Source of the DNA: Mobula birostris
Taxonomy: Eukaryota
Reading direction: 5' to 3'
Length of the DNA: 64,000 nucleotides
Assembly (NCBI RefSeq): GCF_030028105.1
Contig: NC_092379.1
Location: 20,747,309 to 20,811,308 of the forward strand
Shown here: piece by piece, positions 48,557 to 61,573 of the stretch
How the letters are laid out: every line of letters begins with the position of its first letter
How positions within the stretch are numbered: the first letter of the stretch is position 1
Position numbers and translations under genes: made by a program
The notes under the pieces: model-generated
Told to the model about the DNA's origin: nothing
The model's input: the letters and a program-made list of their open reading frames with translations, nothing else
Databases searched by the model: none

Positions 48557-48787
48557 GCCAGCTGGTAGTGGAGTGACATCAGCGCTGGACTTCGGGGCAA
48601 GAGGTCCCGAGTTTGAATCCAGCCAGCTCCCTTGCATACTCGTGCTTGGGTTGAGTGTCGAGCTAACAACTCGACATCATAAAAAAAACAGGTTTCAGAT
48701 GCCCAAAACACGCTGTACGATGAGCATACCGAAAAAGCTTGTCATGACGGCGCCCCACCCCGACGACTCCACCAGGAGTTAAGGGCG

Positions 48788-48794
<7 letters not shown>
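48557..48794 (+). mobile_element. tRNA-derived SINE with (CA)n tail
   Basis: A-box-like tggtagtggagtg and B-box gagtttgaatcc (48609-48620). Confidence 0.65.
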
Positions 48795-48847
<53 letters not shown>

Positions 48848-48857
48848 CACACACACA
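48795..48857. repeat. (CA)n microsatellite preceded by a short (CG)n run
   Basis: Directly visible. Confidence 0.98.
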
Positions 48858-51800
48858 ATGAATACAAGCCAATGGTAGGTCGAGACAGGTACATATGAAA
48901 ATACTCAGGTGTGGTGAGAAAGATAAGGAGGTAAACTGCCCACAGTCACAGAGGTTATTGTTTGGTGAGCTCATGTTTCAAGAGAGGTCTTGTTTCTGCT
49001 GTGTCAGCTGACTGACACAGATTCCATAAGGGAATAACCAATCCCGGTGGACAGAGAGGGAATGTGGAAGGTTCATTTTGGATGAGCGACCCCTGGCAGG
49101 TTTGGGTTCTGATAAATCCTAAGGATGAATTTAAGCTCAAGGTCTCAATGTGCTGCAGTTAATGTGGAAAGCAGGGATACAGAGTGGTGGATATGACACT
49201 GCTATGGAGTAGAGATCTAATTAGACCACATCTGGAGCACTGACTGTGATTCTTGCCATCCACCCTCAGGAGGGATGTAGTTTCCTTGGAGAGGGCGGGG
49301 AGGGAGTTGGGATTGCTGTTGGGTCGAGGGCCAGTGAAGTGCTACTGGGACTGGGATAGTTAGCATATTAGGTCTGCTTCTTTTGTTCCCTGAAGTGTGG
49401 AAATTGAAAGCAAGTGCAACTGGGCCATTTAAACACATTCAGAATGGCGCAGAGGAATAACACAAAGAATCTGTTACTTCAGGATATTTAGGGCACTGAA
49501 AATTTGGAACTCTCCCTGGCAAGTGTTCAAGACCAGCAAGATGGGGGTGGGAAGTTTCAGGTGAAACTTCCAAATTAACAGGGTTTTTTTTGAGTTCACT
49601 AAAATATGTGGAGCCAAGGAGGGTAAATGGAGCTCAGACACAGGTCAGCTCAAGAGAGAACAGACTGGAGGGCTGAACAAACTCCTTCTGACACTCAGTG
49701 CATGGGATAAATTTGAACAGAATCTCTGTGTGCAACTGTTGATTTACCAGAAACACATTTCATATTTTCATTCTTGACAGGTGGGTGAAACTGGGCAGTG
49801 ATATAGGGGATATTTCCTTCTCAGCTTCCTGTAGGAGATGTGGCTTGACTCAATCTGAACAGGGCCCTTCCAGAGGAAATAGGCTTGCTAAAAATAATAA
49901 ACTCGTTACTCAAGGCATGGAAATACTTTGTTGATTCAGGGACCAATACCATTAAACAATTCCTGTATTTCCAAAAAGAGGATTGACTAATCGGACTGAA
50001 AGTCTGAAGGGAGAAGGAGTCTATGCAAGAATGGAGACATCTGGCCTCTGGGAAGTAACAATATAAAGCTGACTTGAACTAAACTTAAATATTGGGTTCT
50101 TTGGAAAGAAAACAGAGATGGGCTCAGATTGAAGGTGGTGCTTACTTATGCTGTAAGCATGAAAGTTGTGCTCTGGGTTGATACCATTATACTGATGGTT
50201 TCAACTAAGCTACTCCAGTACAGAAACAATACAGACATCTGCACAAGAATGGGAAAAATTGCCCAATATATCCATTCTCGAAATATGGAACAAATCTAAT
50301 TAGACAATAATGGCCCAATTCATCAACTCAATCTTCAGTGAATTGATGGGAGGCATAGTCGACGATATTGGAAAGTGGCACTTACTCACCAAATAACCTC
50401 ATCCCCAGTGACAGTTTAGGTTTTGCTGGGAACACTTAATTCTTCATTGATCAATCTTGTCTTATCTGTTGCTATCAATTTCTCTGGCAACACATTCCAG
50501 ATACTGACCACAATTTTGCCTCATAAATCTCATTCATACTTGTCCCCTTTCACTAGAACCGCTGCCTCTGGCGTTTGACAATCTGCTCTAGAAAGAAGTC
50601 TGTGACTGTCTATGCTCCTCATAAGTTTACATACTTCTGTCAGTCCATCCCACAGTCTCCAACGTTCCAGCAAAAACAGTCGAAGTTTATCCAACCTCTC
50701 CTTGCAGCTAACGTGCTCTAATCCAAAAAAACATTCCATTGAATCTACTCTTCACCCTCTCCAAAGTGTCCACATCATTCCTGTAATGCAATGACTAGAA
50801 CTTTACCTGGTCCAAATGTGAAATTAGCATACAAACTCAAGATAAGCTGGACAATTTTGGAAGGGATCCTGTATGATCTGAGAATTCCAAAGAGACTCTT
50901 CCTGTGGATGCTATCAAAAGACTTTCAAAGTCCATGAAATTGATGTATAGTTGTCTCTGCCACTCTGTGCACTGTTCTGTGATGTTACGCAGCATGAAGA
51001 TCCCATTGACGGAGCCTCTATTCTTCTTGAAGCCAACTTGCTCCTTCTTCAAACACACATCTACAGCATCTGTAATGCATTGGACAATGACTTTGGTGAG
51101 ACAAAAGTGTGATCCTACACTAGTTGTTGCAATAACTTAGTGCTCCTTTCTTGGAGATCCAGTCCGTGGGCACTTGTCCCCATTCCCAGATTATAGTGAA
51201 CAGTGGTTGCAGGATGACTGCTGCAACTTTTGGTTCAGCTTTGAACAGTTCGTTTTTCAAATTGTCATGTTCTGGAGCTTTGCTGTTTCTTAATGATTTA
51301 ATCACAGTAACAATCTCTTCTTTCTTGGATGTATCTGTGTTGATGTCAAGGTACCCTGCGTTTAATCAGTAAATCTCTGAAATATCCTGTCCATCATGCT
51401 TTGTGCTCTTGTCAAAAGCAGACCATTTTTACCTCTCATGGAGCTATTGGATTTGGCTTGGAACTTTCTGCATACTAATTTTGAATCTTGCTTATATTTT
51501 CCTGATCACATCGATTGACTGCTGTTGTGACTGCCACTGCAAGGTCTTCCATGTAGATTCTCTTATCCATTCTTAGAAGCTCTTCATTTTCTTACTAGCT
51601 TCAGTGAATGCCAGTTGAAGTTTCACCTTAATTCATGTTGACTTTGCATTGAACACTTTATTCCTGATTTTCCATCTTTCTTCTAAGGCTGTCAGTGTTT
51701 CCTGCTATATCCATTCTTTGTTTTCCTTTCCAGCTCTGTAATGTTGACGAGCCTCACTAATCTCGTTTAACACTGACACAATCTGTTTCCACATTGTATT

Positions 51801-52262
51801 GATCTTGTCCACTGACACATCGTCGCCAAGGCCTGAAATCTGTTCTTTAGCTTAATGGTGACGGCAGATCTCACAATGGTGTCCTTGAGCTTCTCAAGAT
51901 GAAAACGTCTTTGTACATGTTCTCTGATCCCAGGTGGTTCTTGGCTTGAGTTACATCACTACTACAGCAAGGTGGTGATTACTACCTGTATCTGCTCCTC
52001 ACTTGACCTTTACACATGGAAAGGATCGTCTCCACGTACCATTGATCATCAAATAGTCAATCTGGATCTTGTCACTTCTATTGGGTGAGCACCATGTCAG
52101 TTTGTGGATTTCATGGTCTGGACAGAGCGTCCCTCCTGTGACCAGATTGTTCATGGCACAGAATTCCACCAGTCTCTCACCATTGTTATTGATAATTCTA
52201 CATCCTCACGTATCCATGATCCTAGTGAGGTGTGAGTTTTTATTTCCCACTTTGCCATTTAG

Positions 52263-52686
52263 TGTCATGGTCCCAATCGTTAATTCCCTATCTTGCTCCT
52301 AATTTTCTTTGATTATGCCATGGTCCCATCGTTAATTTCCCAAATTGCTTCCAATTCCCTTTAATGATGGCATACCTGGTTGCTATCAAAGAATCAGTAT
52401 AAGAACCCCTACATCACAACCACTAGTCGCCAGTTTGTTGGTCTTTTTCCTGCGAGCATTTCCCGACAGCTTAGAACCGTTTGTTCTAAGTTTAGCTCCA
52501 GTTTCAGGGTTTACGTGTGAGACTCCGTTTCTCTCAGTCAAGGCTCCATGTCAAGGTTCCATATCAGGGCTCCGTGTCAAGATCCCTCCTGCTTGCTGTT
52601 CGGCGTTTGAGCCCATGTAAACATCCAAATTCTATATCCGTGCCTGTATCCTGCACTTGGGTTCACTCCAGTCACTCATTGCAACA
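52263..52686 (+). repeat. 5' LTR (424 bp)
   Basis: tgtcat...gcaaca termini, TATA at 52398, about 90% similar by eye to 56682-57096. Confidence 0.95.
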
Positions 52687-52687
52687 G

Positions 52688-52698
52688 AATGAACTGGC
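52688..52698 (+). promoter_or_regulatory. Self-priming PBS (not tRNA-complementary)
   Basis: aatgaactggc is complementary to gccagtt(c/t)gtt located 31 nt downstream of the LTR TATA box. Confidence 0.8.
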
Positions 52699-52702
52699 CA
52701 CT

Positions 52703-53720
52703 ATGGACACAGTGGACACGAAAACCCTGCAATGGCATTGCCAGCCAGGACTCCCTACTTGGTCTGCACAATCAACTTCTCCAGGATGTCGTGGAGAACC
52801 TCCATTCCCAGTCCACTAACATAAGGAAGATGGGTGCCCAGGTGGACGGTGTATCCACTAATCATACCCCCATCAACTCGTGGAACTCTGTCAAACCAGT
52901 CCAGACAGTCTGTAGCGGCAACCGCCTACGTGTCAGCAACACCCCCGCCAAGAGAGCCACACATACCTGAACCAGAGCACTACGCTGGGGATTTGGGGAA
53001 GTGCCAGGCCTTCCTTCTGCAATGTCCCTTGGTGTTCGATCAGTAGTCATCCATGTGCTCTACGGATAAATCAAAGGTAGCTTATATCATGGGGTTGTTG
53101 CGGGGAAGTGCCTTAGCGTGGGCTACAGCGTTGGGATTATCAGCCAGAAATCTGCTCTTCTTTCCCCACCTTTATCGCAGAGATGAGAAAGATCTTTGAT
53201 CACCCCGTCCGTGGTAAAGATGTCACTAAGCCTCTACTCACTCTCCGCAGTGTCGTCGAGTATTCCATGGAGTTCCGGACGTTAGTGGCGGACTCGGGAT
53301 GGAATGACGAGGCACTCCAAGGTATTTCAGGATGGTCTCAGTGACAGGGTAAAGGACGAGTTGTCGGCAAGAGACGACACCAACAGCCTGGATTCCTTGA
53401 TATCCCTCGCCATCAGGTTGGACAATCATCTCCGAGAGCGCCATAGGGAAAGATCTGGTCATCCACCACCGCTGGCCACTCCACTGCACTCTTTACCCCC
53501 TCCAGCCACGACAAGTCTCACTCCTCCTCCTCCTCCAAGAGTAGCTCCAAGCCTGGCCACTTCTACCGCCCCGGAGAGGAACTCATGCAGCTGGGATGAA
53601 ACCGCCTCTCTCCTGCTGAGCGACTCCGGAGATTGACAGCAGGTGAGTGCCTATATTGCAGCCAGTCCGGCAACTTCTGCGCTACCTGTCCTCTTCAGCC
53701 AAAGAAGGAAGGCCCACCAG
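52703..53720 (+). pseudogene. gag: Gypsy gag (PEG10/RTL-like family) with degenerate CCHC knuckle
   Basis: [63 protein letters not shown]. Confidence 0.88.
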
Positions 53721-53779
53721 TAAAAAGGGGGACCCTGGTGAGCCAAACAACATTCCCTTCTGTCCCCCGAACCCGGATG

Positions 53780-56667
53780 CAGATCCAAGCAACTTTATGT
53801 TACAACAAACAATCCCTGCCTCTCAGCTCTAGTGCACTCCGGTGCTGAGGGCAATCTTCTGGATGAAGACATAGCTTCCCAGGCCGGAATTCCTCGGGAA
53901 CCGTTGAGTACCCCTCTGGAAGCCGAGGCACTAGACTGCAGACTTCTGGCCCGCGTCACACACTGTACACCACCCCTGTCTCTAATTCTCTCTGGGAACC
54001 ATCGGGAGCAGGTACAATTTAACTTAATTTCCTCCCCTCAAGCTCCTATAGTTCTTGGGTATCCCTGGTTGGTCCGCCATAATCCTCACATCGACTGGTT
54101 CACTGGAAGATAGCCAGCTAGAGCCCGCTCTGTCACTCCACTTGTTTTCAATCGGCCCTTACCCCTGTGAAAGTCACCGCGACCTCGTCTGCCACTGAAA
54201 CCCCCCACCTATCCAAGGTTCCAGCAGAGTACCACGATCTGGGAGAAGTATTAAGCAAATAACGGGCCCTTTCCATGCCTCCACACTGCCCTTATGATTG
54301 TGCAATCCACCTTCTCCCTGGAGCCCCTCTATCCACCAGTCAGCTGTATAACTTATCCCGGCCAGAAAGAGAGGCAATGGAGGCGTACTTAAATGAATCT
54401 CTAATGGCGGGCATTATCCAGCTCTCATTCTCCACTGTTGGCGCAGGCTTGTTCTTTGCAGGGAAGAAGGATGGCTCACTGCACCCCTGCATTGATTACT
54501 GAGGTCTGACTAGCATAACTATACAGAACAAATATCCACTGCCCCTTCTCAACTCTGCTTTCGAACCACTTCATGAAGCCACCATCTTCTCCATGTTGGA
54601 CCTACGAAGTGCCTATCATCTGGACAGGATAAGTGAAGCAGATGAGTGGAAAACCGTGTTCAACACCCCTCTTGGTCACTTTGAATACCTGGTCATGCCA
54701 GTCAGCCTCACCAAGCCCTGATAAAAGATGTCCTTAGAGATTTCATTAACCGCTTCGTGTTTGTTTATTTGGGTGACATTTTAATCTTCTCCAGCAATCT
54801 TCAGAACCATGCCCATCAGGTTCTGCAGAGGCTTTGGGAGAGAAAACTATTCATAAAAGCCGAGAAGTGCGAACTTCAAGTTCCTTCAGTCAGTTTGTTA
54901 AGATACATCATCAAGAGCGGGCAAGTGAGAGTAGATCCTGAAAAGATCCAGGGGTAGCGGAGTGGCCAACACCTACGACACTCAAGCAACTCCAACGATT
55001 TCTCGGGTTCGCAAACTTTTATCGTCATTTCATCAGAGATTACAGCTAGCCTCGACTCACCTCTCCGAAGACCCCTTTTCACTGGGACACCAAAGCGGAC
55101 GCTGCCTTCTCGGAACTGAAAAGGCATTTCACCTCCGCTCCCATCCTGGTCCAACCAGACCCCTCTTGTCAATTCATTGTGAAGGTCAATGCCTCCGACT
55201 CTGGGGTGGGAGCAGTCCTCTCCCAACATTCAAGCCCTGACCAAGAACTTCACCCCTGTGCCTTCTTTACTTGCCGGCTGGCCCCCGCTGAACAGAATTA
55301 TGACATAGGGAACCGAGAGTTACTGGCGGTCAAACTTGCTTTGGAGGAGTGGAGGCACTGGCTGGAGGGAGCAGAACATCCACTTATCGTCCGGACCGAT
55401 CACAAGAACCTTGCATTATATCCAAATCGCCAAACCCTTGAAATCCCGCCAGGCCCGTTGGGCATTAATTTTTGGTCGGTTCAGACTTAAACTCACCTAT
55501 CGTCAGGGGTCCAAGAACGGGAAGCCCGATGCCTTCTCCCGTCAATACATTTCTGAGGAGGGCCATCCCAATCCCGAGACCATCCTTCCGTCATCCTGTG
55601 TAGCGGCTGCCCTCACCTGGGAGATCGAGGCCATAGTCAAAGAGGCTCAACATACTCAGCCAGACCCAGGCAACGGACCCTCCAATCGCCTCTTTGTGCC
55701 CAATTCCATTCGATCTCAGGTTCTCCAGTGGGGGCACACATCTCGTTTCGCCTGCCATCCCGAGATCGATCGGACTCTGTCCCTCCTGAAGAGACATTTC
55801 TGATGGCCCTCCATGGACACGGACACCCGTTCCTTTGTCTCTACCTGTTCTGCTTGTGCGCGTGGAAATGCCACCCACCGACCACCTGCTGGATTGCTTC
55901 GTCCCCTACCTGTTCCTAGCTGCCCTTGGTCTCGCATTGTGCTGGACTTCGTTACGGGACCACCCCTTTTACATGGGAACACCACCGTACTCACTGTGAT
56001 GGGCCGCTTCTCCAAAGTTGTGCACTTCGTAGCCCTTCCCAAACTCCCTACAGCACGCGAAACAGCGGACCTTCTCATTCATCACATCTTCTGCCTTCAC
56101 GGGATTCCCTCGGACATTATTTCTGACCGGGACTGCAATTCGTTTCTCAAGTTTGGAGATCTTTTTGTCAAGCCCTTGGAGCCTCAGTAAATCTGTTGTC
56201 CAGCTTTCATCTGCAGACGAACAAGCAAACAGAGCAAGCTAACCAGGATTTGGAAGCAGCACTGTGCTGAATAACCGCTAATAACCCATCTGCCTGGAGC
56301 ACCTGAGAGTGTTATCAACCCCTTGGCGGTCCGACTCAAACTACCCAAATCTATGCACATCCATCCTACATTCCACTTTTCCCAACTGAAGCCAGTATCT
56401 GTCAGCCCTATATGCCCTCCTGCCGAACCTCCTCCACCCACCCGGGTCATTGACGACCACCCAGCGTGCACCGTCCGGCGATTACTGGATGTGCGCTGCC
56501 GAAGCAGTGGCCTCCAATACCTAGTTGACTGGGAAGGAAACGGCCTGGATGAACATTCCTGGATTCCACGCTCCTTCACCTTGGACCCTTCCCTCATCCA
56601 TGATTTCCATCGGGAACATCCAGCCAAGCCTGGTGGATTGCCTGGAGAGTCCCGTTGTGGGGGGTGA
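53780..56667 (+). pseudogene. pol: Gypsy pol: PR, RT, RNase H, IN, chromodomain; frameshifted
   Basis: ALVHSGAEGN (DSG to HSG), [79 protein letters not shown]. Confidence 0.92.
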
Positions 56668-56681
56668 GGGGGGGGTGTTAT

Positions 56682-57096
56682 TATCATGGTCCGATTGTTA
56701 ATTCCCTATCTTGCTCCTAATTTTCTTTGATTATGGCATGGTCCCATTGTTAATTTCCCAAATTGCTTCCAATTCTCTTTGATGATGGCACACCTGGTTT
56801 CCATCAAAGACTCAGTATAAGAACCCCTACATCACAACCATCAGTCGCCAGTTCGTTGGTCTTTTTCCTGTGAGTAAACTGTTTACCGACCACTTAGAAC
56901 CATTTGTTCTAAATTTAGCTCCAGATTCAAAGTTTACCTGTGAGACTCCATCTCTTTGAGTCGAGGTTCCATATCAGGGCTCCGTGTCAAGATCCCTCCT
57001 GCTTGCTGCTCGGCGTTTAAGCCTGTGTAAGCATCCAAACTCTATCTCCGTGCCTGTGTCTTGCACTTGGGTTTACTCCTGTCACTCACTGCAACA
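56682..57096 (+). repeat. 3' LTR (415 bp)
   Basis: tatcatggtcc (TG to TA)...gcaaca, preceded by a G-rich PPT. Confidence 0.93.
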
Positions 57097-57487
57097 CTTA
57101 GATCTCCTATGCTGGTGATTATGTCACGGCATGGTTTTAAATCTACCTCCGCCGTTTGTAGAAGACATCCTTTTTTTCAATGTCACTCTGTCATTTGGAG
57201 CATAGCACTGGATCACAGTCATGTTCATTTGCTTCACTCTCAGCCTGACTCTCACCAGCCAACTGTTCATTATTGTTCACTCCAGTGGGCACTTCTCAAT
57301 GCCTTTCTTCAAAATGACAGCTACACCATCATGACGCTGACCATCCTTCCTTCCTGAATATAAAACTGTTTCACCAGTTACTGCCTTTAGTCTGCCAGAC
57401 CCTGTCCATCTGCTTTCACTGACCCCAGTGCATGTTGGCTGTAATGAGACATTACTGTAGATATTTGTGCAAGCTTGCCAGTGCTGT

Positions 57488-58324
57488 TGTCAGGGTCCGG
57501 TCCGTGAAGTCCGCATTCCGGTTCATGGTCTGGTCCATCAACCCTTGCTCGAGATTTTCCTGTCTACCCTGTTTCTGTTCCTGTTGAGCACTAATTGAGG
57601 CAGCTGATTCTCGTTGGGACTGGCTGCATAAATACCTCCAGAGACCAGGGCGTGGCTGCTGGATTGTTCTTGTCCTTACTCCTTGCATCCCTTCCCCTGC
57701 TTTCTGCCCTGCCTTGTCTTGCTGGTAACTCTCGCCTCATCTCGCCTGCAGTCTTGTCCTGGAGCTGCCCTGTACCTAGCTCCCTTCCTGTCCCTTGCCT
57801 CCACCGGGTAAGTCAGGCCATCTTGCCGTTACCTGCGGTTGGTTCTGTCCCTTCCTGTCCCTTGCCTCCATCGGGTGGTGTACCATGCCCTGCCCCGGAG
57901 TACCGTATCCTGCCCCGGAGGAGCTTCAAGACCCCAAGCCTCGAGCCTCGCCCCAAGCCAAACATCAAGACCCCAAGCCTCGAGTCTTGCCCCAAGCCAA
58001 GCTTCAAGACCCCAAGCCTCAAGTCTCTGGTCTCCAGCCTCACCTCAAGTCTGAAGACTCCAGCCTCGTCCTGCCTGCCAGCCAAGTCATGTCCTTGTCT
58101 AGTTCTGGGGTCCGAGCCAGAGGCAAGACCCAGGTTCTGGATACTTGTCCAGTCTCTGGCTCGGAGTCCAAGCCCTGGCCCCTAGCGCTCTTGTCCAGTC
58201 CTGTTCTGGGTTCCCGGTTTTCGTGTCCATGTCCTAGCCCTGACCCTGTCTCCATGTCCTGTCCCTAGTACTTCAGTGTCTGTGTCTTGCACTTGGGTCT
58301 GTTCCCAGCCACCACCTTATGATA
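57488..58324 (+). mobile_element. Long solo LTR, sushi-like family (copy 3, 837 bp) with 39-bp array at 57924-58027
   Basis: tgtcag...atgata termini, TSD gctgt/gttgt. Removing it restores RTE APE codons MYNTG. Confidence 0.88.
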
Positions 58325-59529
58325 GTTGTACATGGCTTGTACATTCCAAAAACATCTTTGGTCTTGGTCTTGGTCTTGGCAAAGTTCATGGCTCCCTTCA
58401 CCATGCCAGTAGCTTTCCCTCAGTTTTTACTACTGCCAGCCATGCAAGTCCCGGGTCGTGAGTAGGGAACATATTGCACTCAGATGTAGAAGGATTCTTC
58501 ATTGCTGTTTCCATAACTATGAAGAGAGTCCTTGACGAGGATGGTTTGGGCCCAAATGCTGGACTATCCGAAGCAAAGATCAAGACACAGTATCAAACTG
58601 GATCGAGAACTGAGCACAAAACAAACGCTTGACAATATCACTAGTAGGGCTTACGATTGAGCACCAAACATCAGTTCAGGTGTCCTTAAATAGTCAATTC
58701 TTGGGGCCCAAAATGTGATTGTCAATTAGTGGGATCATCATGAACCTTAAAGGGGCTGCAACCAGCTATCCATACTCCGGAGAGTTAGAGTGTCTAAATC
58801 CTGGAAGCTGGTGTGGTTGGGAGCATCTCGAAACAATAACAATTTTTCATTTTGATGAGTCAGGTTCATTAACCATGACCTGAAACTCCGAACCCGGAGG
58901 AACACTTGACCACTCTTAGTCTGGCCTCTACCCTTTGACCTGTTTGGCATGGGTGAACATACCTAGACCTAAAGCACAAGGCCCTGACTCAAGCCAACAT
59001 AAATCTCTGAGTCACTGAGGCACTCAAGCCTCCGAATCCTACAGCAAGTTTGTGGTCACCTTGAAGGAAAAAAAAAGATTCACCATTGTGATTGGTGCCA
59101 TGGTGGGGTTGTTGTGTCAGGTGGACATAAAAGGTTGTCTAGTACATAATACAAACTGTAAGAGTATATATATAGTAAAACAAAGTCAAATCATATACGT
59201 AGTGCAAAACGAGAAGAAGAAACTAGTGAGGCAGTGTTCAAGGGTTCACTGTCCATTCAGAAATCAGCTGGCACAGGGGAAGAAGCTGCCCTCGAATCGC
59301 TGAGTGTCAGCCTTCAGTTGCTCCCAGTTGTTAAGAACTGTGGGGTTGTATCAGTGGAGGATCTTAATTTCTGAGCTACCCATCATGTTAAGGGTCTGGG
59401 TGAGGTGGAATTTGTGAGGTGTTTCCAGGAAAGTTTTCTGACTCAATGCACTGAAGAGGGTGTGATATTGGACCCTGCTCCTGGGGAATAAGGTAGGGAA
59501 AGAGGTAACAGAGGCTGTCAGTGAGCTAG

Positions 59530-60110
59530 TTTTCAGCTGAGGCCTCCATCAGTCAGGGTCGACCATGGATGGTGCGTCATAGCTGTCTAGATACACAAGC
59601 CTGGGCAGTACGATATGGGGCACATGCTGTTGCCATGTAGCAAATTCCCCCTCTCCATGCAACTGGTGAACCCAAAGGAATGGCAGAGACTGATACAGTT
59701 TGGTACCAGCAGCATCACAGGAGTTGCCAGTCAGTATTGAACTCAACGTAGGGCTGCCTAAGAGTCTCCAGCTTCGGAATTTTCCCTTGGAGTTTACTCC
59801 TGAAGCCTTCCCCATAGTGGGTATTGCCACAAGGCAGTGGAGGTTTGAAATCGGAGTTTTCCTTCTCCTGGATGAGCTGCCAACCACAGCCTATGGGCCC
59901 CATCTGCCCAAAGCGACTGGTTTTAAGGAGCCAGTAACCCACCCTTGCCCCCTCTCCTGGTTCCGCTGGGTTTAGTAGCTAAGCCACACGTGAAGGCCAG
60001 GAGCTGGGCTTGGTTGTCAGAGGCTACTTGAGGTGCACGCCATTGGGAGCGTTGTAACAGGTAGTGGGGGCTCATCCCCATTACCACCCCCAGGTGTAAC
60101 AACCTCATTG
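59530..60110 (-). mobile_element. RTE-like 5' UTR fragment (second subfamily)
   Basis: Homologous to 28245-28488. Confidence 0.5.
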
Positions 60111-60822
60111 TGTCGATGAGCACAGTCTCCAGAATTCCATCCACTTTCAGGTAGTGATGGAAAAGGATAGGATAGGTTGGGCTGAAACTGCAGCTGGCCT
60201 CATTTTGAGGGGATTAGGGCCGAATCCATCAGAGTCTGACTGAGGGAACAAACAGCAAGGGGGAGGTTGTGATAGCAAGATGTTGAAGGTAAACCTGGCA
60301 AGGCTAGGGAACCCCGTTTGATGAAAGACAGAGGCTCTTATCAGCAAAAAGAAGGAAGTATAGATTGGATTTACAAGGTCATGTCATGGTCCGGATCGGG
60401 GTCTCTTTAAATTTACTTTGTTTATTTTATGATCTAAACCGTTGACCCCCTGTTTCCCTTTGTTTCCCTGTTTTCCCGTGTCCCTCGGCCTTGGTGATTA
60501 CAGGCAATTTACTCTCGGCTGAACCGGTAGTTTATAGTCTCCAGCTTTCAGCTGATCAGCGCGACAGCGTCTGCAAAGTCACCAAAGGCATGGCATGCTG
60601 ATGTCATCTAGCCGGAGGAAGCCTTGTCTCCGCCCAAAGTGAGTGCCAGTAATTCGCCCTTCCTCTCCGGAGCAACCCTGTCAAGTTACCTCGCCAAAGC
60701 GAGCCTGCAAAGTTTCCTCACCGAGGTGGGCCCATCAGTTAACCCGCCGGAGAGAATCAAGAACCGCTGTCTACTGTTCCCAGGCCAAGTCGAGAGCTCA
60801 CCACTACTCGGAGGCTTCAAGC

Positions 60823-61114
60823 CAAGTCCTGGCTCCGGGGGCATCCAAGTACCGAGTCAAGTCCTGACCCTGATGGCATCCAAGTTCTGAGACAAGTCCT
60901 GGCCCTGGCAGCATCCGACTCAAGTCCTGGCTCTGGGGGCATCCAAGTTCCGAGTCAAGTCCTGGCCCTGGCAGCATCCAAGTTCCGAGTCAAGTCCTGA
61001 CCCTGACGGCTTCCAAGTACTGAGTCAAGTCCTGTCCCTGGCAGTATCCAAGTTCTGAGTCAAGTCCTGGCCCTGGCGGCATCCAAGTTCCAAGTCAAGT
61101 CCTGGCCCTGGCAG
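60823..61114. repeat. 35-bp tandem array, about 9 units
   Basis: caagtcctg-(variable core)-gcatccaagttccgagt. Confidence 0.92.
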
Positions 61115-61397
61115 TCTGTGATTCCTGTCCTACCCTCACTGTCTGAATCCCTTCTCTGCCCCTCTCACCTCTAGCCCTCGTCTGCAGCCCTTGCCTGCAC
61201 GTTGGTCTAGTTTTATCACTGGAGCTAGACAGGTACTGTCTGGTGTTCTTTCGTGTTGGTCTTGTCTTGTCCTCGCCTCTGTGGGGTAAGTCTGGCCATC
61301 TTATCATTGCCCCACGGGGGGTCATGTCTTGTCGTGTCTTGCCCTTGCCTCCATTGGGTAAGTCAGGCCGTCTTGCCGTTGCCCCGCTGGGGGTCAT

Positions 61398-61573
61398 GAG
61401 TCCCAGCCCTATGTCCTGTACCCAAGGAGGGGTCCTGGCTCTCTGTTCTGTGTGTGAGTCCTGGCCCTATGTCCTGTACCCAAGGAGGGGTCCTGGCTCT
61501 CTGTTCTGTGTGTGAGTCCTGGCCCTATGTCCTGTACCCAAGGAGGGGTCCCGACTCTGTGTTCTGTGTATGT
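61398..61573. repeat. 58-bp tandem array, 3 units
   Basis: gagtcctggccctatgtcctgtacccaaggaggggtcctggctctctgttctgtgtgt. Confidence 0.92.

Larger units (their letters stand above)
52263..57096 (+). mobile_element. Full-structure Tf1/sushi-type chromoviral Ty3/Gypsy retrotransposon (defective)
   Basis: LTRs at 52263-52686 and 56682-57096, TSD tttag/cttag, PPT 56659-56675, gag-PR-RT-RH-IN-chromodomain order. Confidence 0.95.
50830..59075 (-). mobile_element. RTE-clade LINE (5' UTR, APE, RT N-terminus) hosting a full Gypsy and a solo LTR
   Basis: FWNVQAMY|NTGKLAQ, SIGDL|NGKVG, KAPEHDNL..ELFK, KEQVGFKK..LYINFMDF. APE motifs rejoin exactly across both LTR insertions. Confidence 0.85.

Noticed and set aside
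48557-48640. tRNA gene
   Set aside because: Only A/B boxes are present, no cloverleaf can be formed, and it continues into a SINE body and (CA)n tail.
49840-49990. LRR-like LPEEIGLLK
   Set aside because: Single short match flanked by stops, with no repeat periodicity.
57595-58268. 196-aa and 157-aa Pro/Ser-rich ORFs in solo LTR 3
   Set aside because: Low-complexity LTR sequence with a 39-bp array; the frames are not conserved in the sister LTRs.
60823-61114. 35-bp repeat with conserved flanks and variable core, superficially CRISPR-like
   Set aside because: Units are contiguous, the variable part is only a few nt drawn from a few recurring variants, there are no unique spacers or cas genes, and it lies inside a vertebrate LTR.
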